Shown here: piece after piece, positions 9,233 through 18,609 of the stretch | How positions within the stretch are numbered: the first letter of the stretch is position 1 | Layout of the letters: each line of letters opens with the position of its first letter | From: an uncultured bacterium | Lineage (GTDB): Bacteria; Actinomycetota; Acidimicrobiia; Spongiisociales; UBA5794 | DNA: 64,000 nt | Reading direction: 5' to 3' | Assembly (NCBI GenBank): GCA_963801165.1 | Contig: CAWDDT010000009.1 | Location: 288,001-352,000 of the forward strand | Program-made: the position numbers and the translations under genes | The notes under the pieces: model-generated | Database searches by the model: none | What the model was told of the DNA's origin: nothing | Seen by the model: only the letters and a program-made list of their open reading frames with translations

Positions 9233-10357
9233 ATGAATACAGGAATGAGGGCGGTTCCGCGCAGAGCGATCTGGCTCGGCGTGTTTGTCGTCGCGTTCTC
9301 GATGCTTGTCGCGGCCTGTTCCCAGGACACAAAGGACACGACGACGACAACAACAACCGAGGCGGCTGCGGTCGAGACGACTGCTGCCGGCGTCGCTATG
9401 CCTGCACCGTTCGACGGTGAGGTGAACATTGCCGTTGTTCAGAACAGCGGTGCTGGTGACTATTTCCAGCAGTGGACCAATGGTGCCAAGCTGCAAGCTG
9501 ACGCCATCGGCATCAAGTACACGTGGTACGACGCTCAGGCAGACAACGCCAAGCAGGCGACCGACATGGAGACCGCCATCGGCTCCGGTGTCGACGGTAT
9601 CGTGGTCGACCACGGTCAGACCGACACCATGTGCCCACTGATCAACGATGCCCTCAACGCCGGTATCCCGGTCGTCATCTATGACATCGCGATCGCAGAG
9701 TGTGCCCCGGATGCAGTTCAGACCCAGCAGTCCGACGCCAGCCTCGCCGATCTGTCCCTGGGACAGATGCTCGCCGACATCGGCCCGGATCAGGACGTTG
9801 GCTACGTCAACGTGCTCGGTATCGCTCCGCTCGACCGCAGGCATGTGGTCTGGCAGCAGTACACGGCCGACAACAACTGGAACCAGGTCTTCTTCGTCGG
9901 TGAGTTCACCAACGCTGTTGCTACCGACAACGCCCAGCTCGTTGACGCCGCGCTCAAGGCTAACCCCGACATTCGGGCGATCTTCGCTCCGTACGACGAG
10001 TTGACCAAGGGCACCGTATCGGCAATCAACGACAACGGCCTCGCCGATTCGATCTGGGCATACGGTATCGACATCTCGAATGCCGACATCGAGGTCATGA
10101 CCGCCGATGGCAGCCCGTGGAAGGCAACGGCCACGACCGACCCGAACGCGATCGGTGCCGCCGTCATGCGAACCATGGCTCTCGAGCTGGCGGGCCAGCA
10201 GGGCCCGCGTTCGGTGGACTTCCCCGGCGTGTTGGTGACCCAGCAGTTCCTGCTCGACAACAACATCACCAACATGGTGGACTTGCGGGCAACACTTCCC
10301 GAGCTGAACCTGTCCACCGTCCAGTCGGCAGACTGGATCCCGTCGGTCAAGTTCTAG
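9233..10357 (+). CDS. Sugar ABC transporter substrate-binding lipoprotein
   Basis: Lipobox LVAAC, Thr linker, RbsB-like periplasmic-binding features (GVDGIVVD, GIPVVIYD, AIFAPYDE); SD GAAGGAG. Confidence 0.88.
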   Translation: MNTGMRAVPRRAIWLGVFVVAFSMLVAACSQDTKDTTTTTTTEAAAVETTAAGVAMPAPFDGEVNIAVVQNSGAGDYFQQWTNGAKLQADAIGIKYTWYDAQADNAKQATDMETAIGSGVDGIVVDHGQTDTMCPLINDALNAGIPVVIYDIAIAECAPDAVQTQQSDASLADLSLGQMLADIGPDQDVGYVNVLGIAPLDRRHVVWQQYTADNNWNQVFFVGEFTNAVATDNAQLVDAALKANPDIRAIFAPYDELTKGTVSAINDNGLADSIWAYGIDISNADIEVMTADGSPWKATATTDPNAIGAAVMRTMALELAGQQGPRSVDFPGVLVTQQFLLDNNITNMVDLRATLPELNLSTVQSADWIPSVKF

Positions 10358-10439
10358 GAGGTACTCAGGTGGTCGTCGGCAGTATCAGCCGGTGGCCACC
10401 ACAATCCACCTGAGCCCATTGTCTGAGAGGATGATATCG

Positions 10440-11945
10440 ATGGAACCGGCAGTCACGATGGAAGGCATCACAATGGCCTTCGGACCCAATGAGGTGCTGA
10501 AGGGGATTGACCTTGCCATCGAGCCGGGAAAAGTGACGGCAATGCTCGGCGCCAACGGCGCCGGCAAGTCGACGCTGATCAAGGTCCTCTCGGGTGTATA
10601 CAACGGCTACGGGGGCGTCGTCGTCATCGACGGCGCCCCCGTCGTCATCGACCATCCAACCACGGCCAGGGCACTCGGCATCGAGGCGGTGCACCAGAAA
10701 ATCGCCGACGGCATAGTGCCCGGGCTGAGCGTTGCTGAGAACCTGCTGTTCGAGGGGATCGTCAACAACCAGGTGTCGCGGGTCGCCTCTCTGCGCTCGC
10801 TGATGCCGCGGGCGCGTCAGGTTGCGTCCGTTCTCGACCTCGATTGGTCCGACGATCTGCTCAGAGGCGATGTCTACGAGCTGCCAATTGCCGATCAGCA
10901 GCTCCTCCTCCTGGCACGAGCGCTCGATCACCAACCCCGGCTGCTGATTCTCGACGAGCCCACCTCTGCGCTCTCCGAGACCGAGGCGGAGCGTCTTTTC
11001 GACGTGATTCGCCAATTGCGCGACGGCGGCGTCGCCATCTTCTATGTGTCCCACCGCATCGCAGAGATCGACAGCATCGCGGACCGCCTGCTCGTTCTGC
11101 GCGATGGGGTGATCCGCAGCGAGCAGCTGCGACCATTCGACTGGGCGGCGGCGCTCCACGACATGCTCGACGTTGACGAGGCGGATCGATCGAACCGCAG
11201 TGCTGAGCAGCGGGGCACCGATGTGGCCCTCGAGCTCGCCGGCGTGCAACTCCTCCCCAAGTCCCAGCCCTTCGACCTCGTCATCCGCTCCGGTGAGGTC
11301 ACCGGAGTGTTCGGCCTGTTGGGCTCAGGCGGTGGTCAACTCGCTCACGGGATCTTCGGCGCCGAGCCGTTCGTGTCCGGCGAGATGGTCCTCAAAGGCG
11401 AGCCCTACTCCCCGAAAGCACCGGCCGACGCCATCGCCGCCGACGTCTACATGGTTCCCGAAGACCGGGTCGGAGGAACGTTGATCAAGGGCTGGACGGT
11501 GTCGATGATCGCCACCTTCCCATTCCTCGGGGACGTGTCCCGGCTGGGTGTTCTCAATCCTCTGGCCGAGGCGAAGGTGGGCCGCTCAGTGGTCCAGGAA
11601 TTCGGCGTTGTCGCCCAGTCGGAGGCGGAATCGGTCATGTCTCTCTCCGGCGGCAACCAGCAGAAGGTCGTCGTAGGCCGCTGGCTGCGTAAGCACCCCA
11701 CCGTGATGGTTCTCAACGAACCGTTCCAGGGTGTCGACGTCGGTGCCCGCCACGATCTCGCCGAGAAGGCACGCGAAGTTGCCGGGACGGGCTCGGCGGT
11801 GATCGTGATGTCTACAGATCTAGAAGAAATAATGGAAGTTTCCGACCGGGTCGTCGTGCTCGCGGACGGAAATCTCCGACACGATGCATATCTGTCGGAG
11901 ACAAGTAGGGATGAGATCCTGCAGCGACTCTCGGAGGTTGAGTAA
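10440..11945 (+). CDS. Sugar ABC transporter ATP-binding protein (tandem NBD, CUT2)
   Basis: GANGAGKSTLIK, LILDEPTSAL, LSGGNQQKV, GVDVGA. Confidence 0.93.
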   Translation: MEPAVTMEGITMAFGPNEVLKGIDLAIEPGKVTAMLGANGAGKSTLIKVLSGVYNGYGGVVVIDGAPVVIDHPTTARALGIEAVHQKIADGIVPGLSVAENLLFEGIVNNQVSRVASLRSLMPRARQVASVLDLDWSDDLLRGDVYELPIADQQLLLLARALDHQPRLLILDEPTSALSETEAERLFDVIRQLRDGGVAIFYVSHRIAEIDSIADRLLVLRDGVIRSEQLRPFDWAAALHDMLDVDEADRSNRSAEQRGTDVALELAGVQLLPKSQPFDLVIRSGEVTGVFGLLGSGGGQLAHGIFGAEPFVSGEMVLKGEPYSPKAPADAIAADVYMVPEDRVGGTLIKGWTVSMIATFPFLGDVSRLGVLNPLAEAKVGRSVVQEFGVVAQSEAESVMSLSGGNQQKVVVGRWLRKHPTVMVLNEPFQGVDVGARHDLAEKAREVAGTGSAVIVMSTDLEEIMEVSDRVVVLADGNLRHDAYLSETSRDEILQRLSEVE

Positions 11946-13010
11946 GTGGCCACAACAACGATGACGCCGAAGGGCACGAAGCAGGGGCCGCCAGGCACCG
12001 CGCCGCGTCGAGACGCCCGTGACCTGCTCGTCAAGTACGGCTTCATAGCAGTGACGGTGATCTTTCTCGTGTACTTCATGGCGACCCTGCCGGCGTTCCG
12101 AACCTCGTCGACGATGTTCACGATGCTGAAGTACATCTCGGTCGTTGCCATTGCCGGGTTGGGTGTGACCGTAACGATGGTCGTCGGTGGTCTCGATCTC
12201 TCGGTCGGGGCGACCGCCGGCATGTCGGTGACGGTCGCCGCGATGACGATGGTCATCTATGCGCAGCAGGGCTCGGTGGCAGTCATCGCCGTCATCGCGG
12301 CGGGTGCGATCATCGGTGCCGCTAATGCGCTGTTGATCGTGCTCATGAAGATCCCCGATCTGCTGGCGACCCTGGCAACGATGTTTCTCGTCCAGGGCTT
12401 GAAGCTCGTTCCCGTCGACGGGCAGTCGGTGTCCTCGGGGCTGATCCTCCGTGACGGGTCGGTGGCTCCCGGCAAGTTCACGACTGGCTTCCTCAGGATC
12501 AACCGCGGCTCGATCGGGCCGGTGCCATTCCCCGTGATCATCTTCGCGGTACTTGCGATCTTCACCTGGTTCCTGCTCTCTCGCACCAAGTGGGGCCGGG
12601 TCATGTATGCGATCGGGTCCAACCCGGAGGCGGCCCGTCTCGCCGGTGCCCGGGTCGGTCGCTACAAGGCGTTCGCCTACATGCTCTCCGGCATCTACGC
12701 ATCGATCGCAGGCCTGATTCTTGCCTCCCGTATCGGCCAGGGTGACATCTCTGCCGGGAACTCACTACTCCTCGATGCAGTCGCCGTGGCATTGGTCGGC
12801 ACGTCGGTGCTCGGTGTCGGCAAGCCGAACGCCTTCGGCACAGCGCTCGGCGCAATCCTCATCGGCATCCTTCTCACCGGCACGACCATGATGAACTTCC
12901 AGTACTACTGGCAGGACGTCGTCAAGGGCTTCGTACTCCTGGTTGCTCTGATCTTCTCCTTCACTCTGTCGAGACGGAAGCAACGATTCCAGGCGGCGGT
13001 GCCTCTATGA
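11946..13010 (+). CDS. Sugar ABC transporter permease (RbsC-like)
   Basis: GGLDLSVG, RTKWGRVMYAIGSNPEAARLAG motifs. Confidence 0.93.
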   Translation: MATTTMTPKGTKQGPPGTAPRRDARDLLVKYGFIAVTVIFLVYFMATLPAFRTSSTMFTMLKYISVVAIAGLGVTVTMVVGGLDLSVGATAGMSVTVAAMTMVIYAQQGSVAVIAVIAAGAIIGAANALLIVLMKIPDLLATLATMFLVQGLKLVPVDGQSVSSGLILRDGSVAPGKFTTGFLRINRGSIGPVPFPVIIFAVLAIFTWFLLSRTKWGRVMYAIGSNPEAARLAGARVGRYKAFAYMLSGIYASIAGLILASRIGQGDISAGNSLLLDAVAVALVGTSVLGVGKPNAFGTALGAILIGILLTGTTMMNFQYYWQDVVKGFVLLVALIFSFTLSRRKQRFQAAVPL

Positions 13011-14122
13011 GCGCTGATCAGGCCAGCAGGACCATCTGGATCGATCCCGTCGACCCCGCCTCCGTCGTCTGTATCGATCAGCGCCTGCTCCCCTTCGAGT
13101 ACCAGGAAGTTGCCATCCGCACCTCGAGCGAGATGGCGACGACGATTGCCGACATGGTTGTCCGCGGCGCCGGGTGCATCGGGGTGTCGGCCGGCTACGG
13201 CATGTATCTGGCGGCCCTCGCCACCGACGGTCTGGGCGCCGCCGAAGCGGATGCGTCGCTACACATGGATGCCAAGGAGCTCGAGGGGAGTCGGCCGACC
13301 GCGGTCAACCTGAGCTGGGCGGTGCAGCGTCAACTGAGGGAGCTGCTCGGTGTTGAGGGTTCGGAGGAGCGGATCGCCAGGGCCAGGGCGCTGGCGGACA
13401 CTATCGCCGACGAGGACGTGTCGTACTGCGCTGCCATCGGTCGCCACGGGCTGGGCATCATCGAAGACCTCCACGACCGCAAGGGCGACACGGTCAACAT
13501 CATGACCCACTGCAATGCGGGTTGGCTGGCGTTCGTCGAGCACGGAACGGCCACTGCTCCCATGTACGCAGCCCACGCAGCGGGCATCCCCATCCATGTC
13601 TACGTCTCGGAGACGCGTCCCCGCAACCAGGGTGCCCGGCTGACGGCCTGGGAGCTGGACCGGGCCGGGATCCCGGTCACCGTGATCGCCGACAACGCGG
13701 CCGGTCACCTGCTGCAGCACGGCATGGTGGACATGGTCATCGTCGGTAGCGATAGAACCACGATCAGCGGTGACGTCGCCAACAAGATCGGCACCTACAT
13801 GAAAGCCGTGGTGGCCAAGGAGAACGGCGTCCCGTTCTACGCCGCACTGCCATCGAGCACGCTTGATCCCAAGCTGCACGACGGTGTCACCGAGATCCCG
13901 ATCGAAGAGCGGGGCGGGCACGAGGTCACCAAGACGACCGGATGGTTCGACGGCAGGCAGGTCGAGATGCAGTCGGCGGCTCCCGGCGTGGGCGCCGCCA
14001 ACTATGGGTTCGACGTCACCCCGCGCCGGTTCGTGACCGGGATCATCACCGAGCGCGGTGTCTGCGAGGCGAACGAACAAGCAATCCTGGCGATGTATCC
14101 CGAGTTCGCCGCAAAGGGATGA
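13007..14122 (+). CDS. mtnA: S-methyl-5-thioribose-1-phosphate isomerase (paralog 1)
   Basis: IDQRLLP, MVVRGAG, RPTAVNL, THCNAGWLA, ETRPRNQGARLTAWEL, GDVANKIGTY, FDVTP. Confidence 0.9.
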   Translation: MSADQASRTIWIDPVDPASVVCIDQRLLPFEYQEVAIRTSSEMATTIADMVVRGAGCIGVSAGYGMYLAALATDGLGAAEADASLHMDAKELEGSRPTAVNLSWAVQRQLRELLGVEGSEERIARARALADTIADEDVSYCAAIGRHGLGIIEDLHDRKGDTVNIMTHCNAGWLAFVEHGTATAPMYAAHAAGIPIHVYVSETRPRNQGARLTAWELDRAGIPVTVIADNAAGHLLQHGMVDMVIVGSDRTTISGDVANKIGTYMKAVVAKENGVPFYAALPSSTLDPKLHDGVTEIPIEERGGHEVTKTTGWFDGRQVEMQSAAPGVGAANYGFDVTPRRFVTGIITERGVCEANEQAILAMYPEFAAKG

Positions 14123-14151
14123 AGACCGGGTAGCGGGGCAGAAGGAAACCA

Positions 14152-16119
14152 ATGCACAACAGGTGGAGTGAGGAGCGGGCGGCCGGCTTCGAGAGCCCTC
14201 TCGATCGGTGCGTGTATGCCTCGAGACTGCTCGGCGCAGACACGGCGCTCGTTCTGCACGGCGGCGGCAACACATCTGTGAAGCTCAGGGAGCAGAATCT
14301 CTACGGCGAGCCGGTCGATGTGCTCTACATCAAGGCGAGCGGTCGAGACCTCGTCGACATTGACGACGAGGGATTTGCCCCTCTCGACCTCACCCGGGTG
14401 CGCCGGCTCGTCGAGCTGGATGAGCTCTCGGATACCGCGATGCTCAACGAGTTGAAGGGGGCCCGGCTGAGCGCAGACGCACCCGTGCCCTCGGTCGAGG
14501 CGATCCTGCACGCAATCATCCCCAGCCACGCCGTGCAGCACGCTCATCCCAACGCGCTCCTCGCCATATCGAACACCGTCGACGGTGAGGAGAAGGTCAG
14601 AAAGCTATACGGGAGCCGAGTGGTCGTCGTTCCGTACACGATGTCGGGATTCCGCGCCGCGACCGCGGCCGCAAGGGCCTACGCCCGGGAGGCGACCGGC
14701 GAAACTGAAGGTGTTGTGCTCATGAACCACGGCATCTTCACCTTCGGGGATTCACCCCGCGAGGCATATCACCGGATGGTCGACCTGGTCGGTGCCGCCG
14801 AGGACTTCCTCGCCGAGCACTCGATGGGGGGAGAGTCGCCCCGGCCGGATCGAGAGCCCCCGGTCATCGACCGGTGCGACCTGGCCGGCCTCCGCAAGGA
14901 GATCTCGGATATCGCCGGGAAGCCGTGCATCGTGCGTCGTCACCGTGACGAGGTCAGCTGGGCGTTCTCGCAGCGCCCCGACCTGGCAGCGGTGAGCCAG
15001 CAGGGAGTAGCAACACCCGACCATGTCATCTGGACCAAGCGGGTTCCGCTCCTGGGTCGGGACGTTGCCACCTACGCCAAGGACTACGAGGCCTACTTCG
15101 ACGAATATGCGGTCGGGCGCGCGCTCCGAATGCTCGATCCGGCGCCACGGGTGATCATCGACCCCGAGTTGGGGATGGTCACCGCCGGGCCCGATGTCGA
15201 CGCCGAGCAGGCGGCCGCCGACATCTATCTCCAGATCATCGACGTCATCGAGCACGCTGAGGGCCTGGGCGGCTACTCCGCCCTTCCCGCCGGTGACATT
15301 TTCGATCTCGAGTATTGGGAGCTGGAGCAGCTGAAGCTCGACCTCGTTCCCCATGAGGGTGAGTTCACCGGCGAGGTCGCCGTGGTCACCGGGGCGAACT
15401 CAGGGATCGGGCGTGGCTGCGCGCTGGCGCTGCTGGCAAAGGGAGCGGCAGTAGTGGGCCTCGACATCAACCCCGCGGTTTCCGAGATGTCGGACGATCC
15501 CGCCTTCTACGGCATCCAGTGTGACCTCTCCTCGCCGCAGGAAACCTCGGCCGCGCTCGACCGTGGTGTCGAGCGATTCGGCGGCGTCGACATGCTCGTG
15601 GCCGCCGCAGGGCTCTTCCCCGAATCGTCCCCGATCTCCGCTCACGACCCGACCGCGTGGCGCCGAGCCATGTCCGTCAACGTCGACGGACTGGTGCAAC
15701 TCCTGTCGATGATGCACCCCCTCCTCGTGCAGGCGCCGCGCGGCGGTCGTGTCGTGGTGATCGGATCGAAGAACGTCGTCGCACCCGGTCCGGGCGCCAG
15801 CGCCTACTCGGCTTCCAAGGCAGCCGCCAACCAGATCGCACGTGTCGCGGCGCTCGAATGGGCGCCGGAGGGGATCAGGGTCAACTCGGTCCATCCGGAC
15901 GCGGTCTTCGATACCGCATTGTGGACACCGGAGCTCCTGGCGGCACGGGCGGCGCACTACGGCATGACCGTTGAGGACTACAAGCGCCGCAACCTGATGA
16001 GTGTGGAGATCACCAGCGCCGCGGTCGGCGAGGTCGTTGCCACGATGCTCGGCGACGTCTTCGGCACGATTACGGGGGCGCATATCCCCATAGACGGCGG
16101 CAACGACCGCGTGATTTGA
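14152..16119 (+). CDS. Bifunctional class II aldolase / short-chain dehydrogenase
   Basis: LHGGGNTSVK, PSVEAILH, HAH and NHG metal ligands; C-terminal VTGANSGIG and YSASK (YxxxK). Confidence 0.88.
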   Translation: MHNRWSEERAAGFESPLDRCVYASRLLGADTALVLHGGGNTSVKLREQNLYGEPVDVLYIKASGRDLVDIDDEGFAPLDLTRVRRLVELDELSDTAMLNELKGARLSADAPVPSVEAILHAIIPSHAVQHAHPNALLAISNTVDGEEKVRKLYGSRVVVVPYTMSGFRAATAAARAYAREATGETEGVVLMNHGIFTFGDSPREAYHRMVDLVGAAEDFLAEHSMGGESPRPDREPPVIDRCDLAGLRKEISDIAGKPCIVRRHRDEVSWAFSQRPDLAAVSQQGVATPDHVIWTKRVPLLGRDVATYAKDYEAYFDEYAVGRALRMLDPAPRVIIDPELGMVTAGPDVDAEQAAADIYLQIIDVIEHAEGLGGYSALPAGDIFDLEYWELEQLKLDLVPHEGEFTGEVAVVTGANSGIGRGCALALLAKGAAVVGLDINPAVSEMSDDPAFYGIQCDLSSPQETSAALDRGVERFGGVDMLVAAAGLFPESSPISAHDPTAWRRAMSVNVDGLVQLLSMMHPLLVQAPRGGRVVVIGSKNVVAPGPGASAYSASKAAANQIARVAALEWAPEGIRVNSVHPDAVFDTALWTPELLAARAAHYGMTVEDYKRRNLMSVEITSAAVGEVVATMLGDVFGTITGAHIPIDGGNDRVI

Positions 16120-16194
16120 GAACACCGCACGTGAGGTGCGGAGAAAAGTTGACAGATAGCTAGCCCCTCGGAGCAGGGGACAGGAGGATGGAGA

Positions 16195-16989
16195 ATGGAC
16201 TGGGGCATGAAGCGTCGGCTGGCGCAGATCATCCCGCCGGAGACAGGGCACGCGTTCTTTATCGCCATCGACCACGGATACTTCCTTGGACCAACACGCA
16301 TGCTGGAACGACCCGGCGAGACTGTGCGCGACCTCACTCCGATCGCCGATGCGCTCTTTGTGACACGGGGCGTCCTCAGAAACGCCATCCCACCCGAGAC
16401 CAAGCCGAATGTGATCCTCAGAATCAGCGGTGGCACCAGCATCGTCGGGCCGTCGCTCGAGAACGAGCAGCTGGTCGTTGACCCGGAGGAGGTGATTCGT
16501 CTGGGCGCTTGCGCAGTCGGCATCTCGGTCTTCGTCGGCTCGGAGTACGAACGGGAATCGCTCGGGAACCTTGCCCGTGCGGTGAACCAGTTCGAGCGGT
16601 ATGGCATCCCGGTCATGGCGGTCACGGCCGTCGGCAAGGAGCTCGAGAAGCGCGACGCCCGCTACCTCGCCCTCAGCTGTCGGATCGCAGCAGAGCTGGG
16701 AGCCCGGGTCGTCAAGACCTATTGGTGCGAGGACTTCGAGAAGGTCACCTCTTCGTGTCCGGCACCCGTGGTTATCGCGGGTGGGCCGAAGACCGACGAC
16801 GCCTACGAGGTCTTCTCGTTCGTTCGCGATGGCATCGATCGAGGCGCCATCGGCGTCAACCTGGGTCGCAATATCTGGCAGCACCACGATCCCGTGGGCG
16901 TCGCCCGAGGCTTGCGTGCCGTGATCCACGAGGGCGCGTCACCAGAGCAGGCCAACGCCATGGTGGCGCAGGAACCGGTGGTGGTTTGA
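16195..16989 (+). CDS. lsrF: LsrF-family class I aldolase-fold thiolase (3-hydroxy-5-phosphonooxypentane-2,4-dione thiolase-like)
   Basis: DWGMKRRL...DHGYFLGPT...RIAAELGARVVKTY...IAGGPK...GRNIWQ closely follows E. coli LsrF as I recall it. Confidence 0.85.
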   Translation: MDWGMKRRLAQIIPPETGHAFFIAIDHGYFLGPTRMLERPGETVRDLTPIADALFVTRGVLRNAIPPETKPNVILRISGGTSIVGPSLENEQLVVDPEEVIRLGACAVGISVFVGSEYERESLGNLARAVNQFERYGIPVMAVTAVGKELEKRDARYLALSCRIAAELGARVVKTYWCEDFEKVTSSCPAPVVIAGGPKTDDAYEVFSFVRDGIDRGAIGVNLGRNIWQHHDPVGVARGLRAVIHEGASPEQANAMVAQEPVVV

Positions 16990-16992
16990 CCC

Positions 16993-17289
16993 ATGGAGTT
17001 CCTCGCCCGTCTCGAGCAGAACATCTCTCCGGACATGGATCCGGACCGGCTTGCGGCAGTGAAAACGGCTGAGAAGGCCCGCGGTCGGGAGTTGGTCGAG
17101 GCCGGCAAGCTGCGCCGCATCTGGAGGATCCCCGGGAGGAGGGCGGTATACGCGCTCTACCGGGTCGACAGCACCGAGGAGCTCCACGAGATCCTCAGCT
17201 CGCTGCCGCTGTACCCCTGGATGGACATAGAGGTAACCGCATTGAGCGCCCATGCGCTCGATCCCGAGAGTTGGGAGGGTGTTGCTTAA
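16993..17289 (+). CDS. Muconolactone delta-isomerase family protein
   Basis: 98 aa; EKARGREL...IWRIPG...ELHEILSSLPLYPWMDIEVTALSAH. Confidence 0.85.
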   Translation: MEFLARLEQNISPDMDPDRLAAVKTAEKARGRELVEAGKLRRIWRIPGRRAVYALYRVDSTEELHEILSSLPLYPWMDIEVTALSAHALDPESWEGVA

Positions 17290-17394
17290 TCGCCGTGAAG
17301 GGTCGCAATGCCTCGAGGTGCTTGCGCGTCGATCCAGGCGTCGAGCCTGAACTGGAATTATTCAACACACTCCAAAGAGCGGAGGAGAAGAAGG

Positions 17395-18609
17395 ATGGCC
17401 CCCGACTACGAGATCCTCAACCCGGAGACGGTCCCGGCATACATCGACAGAACACCCCGGCTGGACGGCATCGTCGACACCTCCACGCTGGAAGTGTCGG
17501 AGGTCGGTGACGGTAACCTGAACCTCGTCTTCGTCTGCAAGGATGGAAACGGCGACGGCATCTGTCTCAAGCAGTCGTTGCCCTACGTCCGGCTGGTCGG
17601 CGAGGGGTGGCCGCTGACACCGGAGCGAGTCATCGCCGAGGCGCGCGGGCTCGCCGCTGCTGTCGATCACGTCCCGGATCTGGTTCCCGCCTATTACGGA
17701 CTGGACGAGGCCAACTATGTGCTGGCCATGGAGAACCTCATTGGCTGGGACATGTGGCGGACCCAGCTGAATGAGGGTGTCTCCCACCCCGGTGTCGGCG
17801 CCAAGCTCGGCCGGTACGTGGCCAATCTCTGTTTCTACACCTCGTTTTTCACCATCGATCAGGGCGAGATCAAAGAGCGGCTCGCCGCAGCGATCAACCC
17901 GGAGCTGTGCAAGATCACCGAGGACCTCGTCTTCACCGAGCCGTACATCGATGTCCCCAACAACAGTTACGTCGATGAGCTGGTCCCCGAGGTGGAGGGC
18001 ATGCGCGCCGACGCCAGGCTCCGCGCCGACGTCGGGATGCTGAAGTACAAATTCATGACCGCAGGGCAGGCGCTGATCCACGGCGACCTGCACACCGGCT
18101 CCGTCATGGTGCGCCGTGGTGAGAACGGCGCCGAGTGCAAGGTCATCGACCCCGAGTTCTGCTACTACGGGCCGGTGGGCTTCGATCTCGGTGCGCTCTT
18201 TGGCAACTACCTCGCCGCCCGGGCCCGCGCCGCAGTTCTCGACCGACCAGCCGAATACCAGCAATGGTTGGCCGATCTGGGTCCGGAGACGTGGGATGCC
18301 TTCGCCGCGGAGATGCACCGCTTGTGGCCGGAGCGGCTCGACAAGACATGGACCGACGGTTTCCTCGAGGCCTGGCTGGCCCAGGTCGCCAGGGACACCA
18401 TCGGGTACGGCGGCTGCAAGGCGAACCGGCGCATCATCGGGCTCGCCAAGGTCACCGACATCCAGCAACTCCCGAACGAAGAGCACGTCAAGGCGGCCAC
18501 GATGGTTCTCCGCACCGCCAGCACCTGGATTCGGGAGCGCGACGGCCTCGGGACCGTCGCCGCGGCCAACGAGGTGTTCGAGACGATCCGGGCGAAGGTC
18601 CTGGGCTGA
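17395..18609 (+). CDS. mtnK: S-methyl-5-thioribose kinase
   Basis: EVGDGNLNLVF, KQSLPYVRLVGEGWPL, ITEDLVFTEPY, LIHGDLHTGS, IDPEF. Confidence 0.95.
   Translation: MAPDYEILNPETVPAYIDRTPRLDGIVDTSTLEVSEVGDGNLNLVFVCKDGNGDGICLKQSLPYVRLVGEGWPLTPERVIAEARGLAAAVDHVPDLVPAYYGLDEANYVLAMENLIGWDMWRTQLNEGVSHPGVGAKLGRYVANLCFYTSFFTIDQGEIKERLAAAINPELCKITEDLVFTEPYIDVPNNSYVDELVPEVEGMRADARLRADVGMLKYKFMTAGQALIHGDLHTGSVMVRRGENGAECKVIDPEFCYYGPVGFDLGALFGNYLAARARAAVLDRPAEYQQWLADLGPETWDAFAAEMHRLWPERLDKTWTDGFLEAWLAQVARDTIGYGGCKANRRIIGLAKVTDIQQLPNEEHVKAATMVLRTASTWIRERDGLGTVAAANEVFETIRAKVLG

Noticed and set aside
16149-16154. TTGACA as an internal promoter for lsrF
   Set aside because: No -10 element at suitable spacing
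9233-17289. Canonical lsr AI-2 quorum-sensing operon
   Set aside because: No lsrK or lsrG, a single permease, and the context is dominated by mtn genes
16993-17289. Catechol / beta-ketoadipate pathway (catC)
   Set aside because: No catA, catB or pcaD nearby
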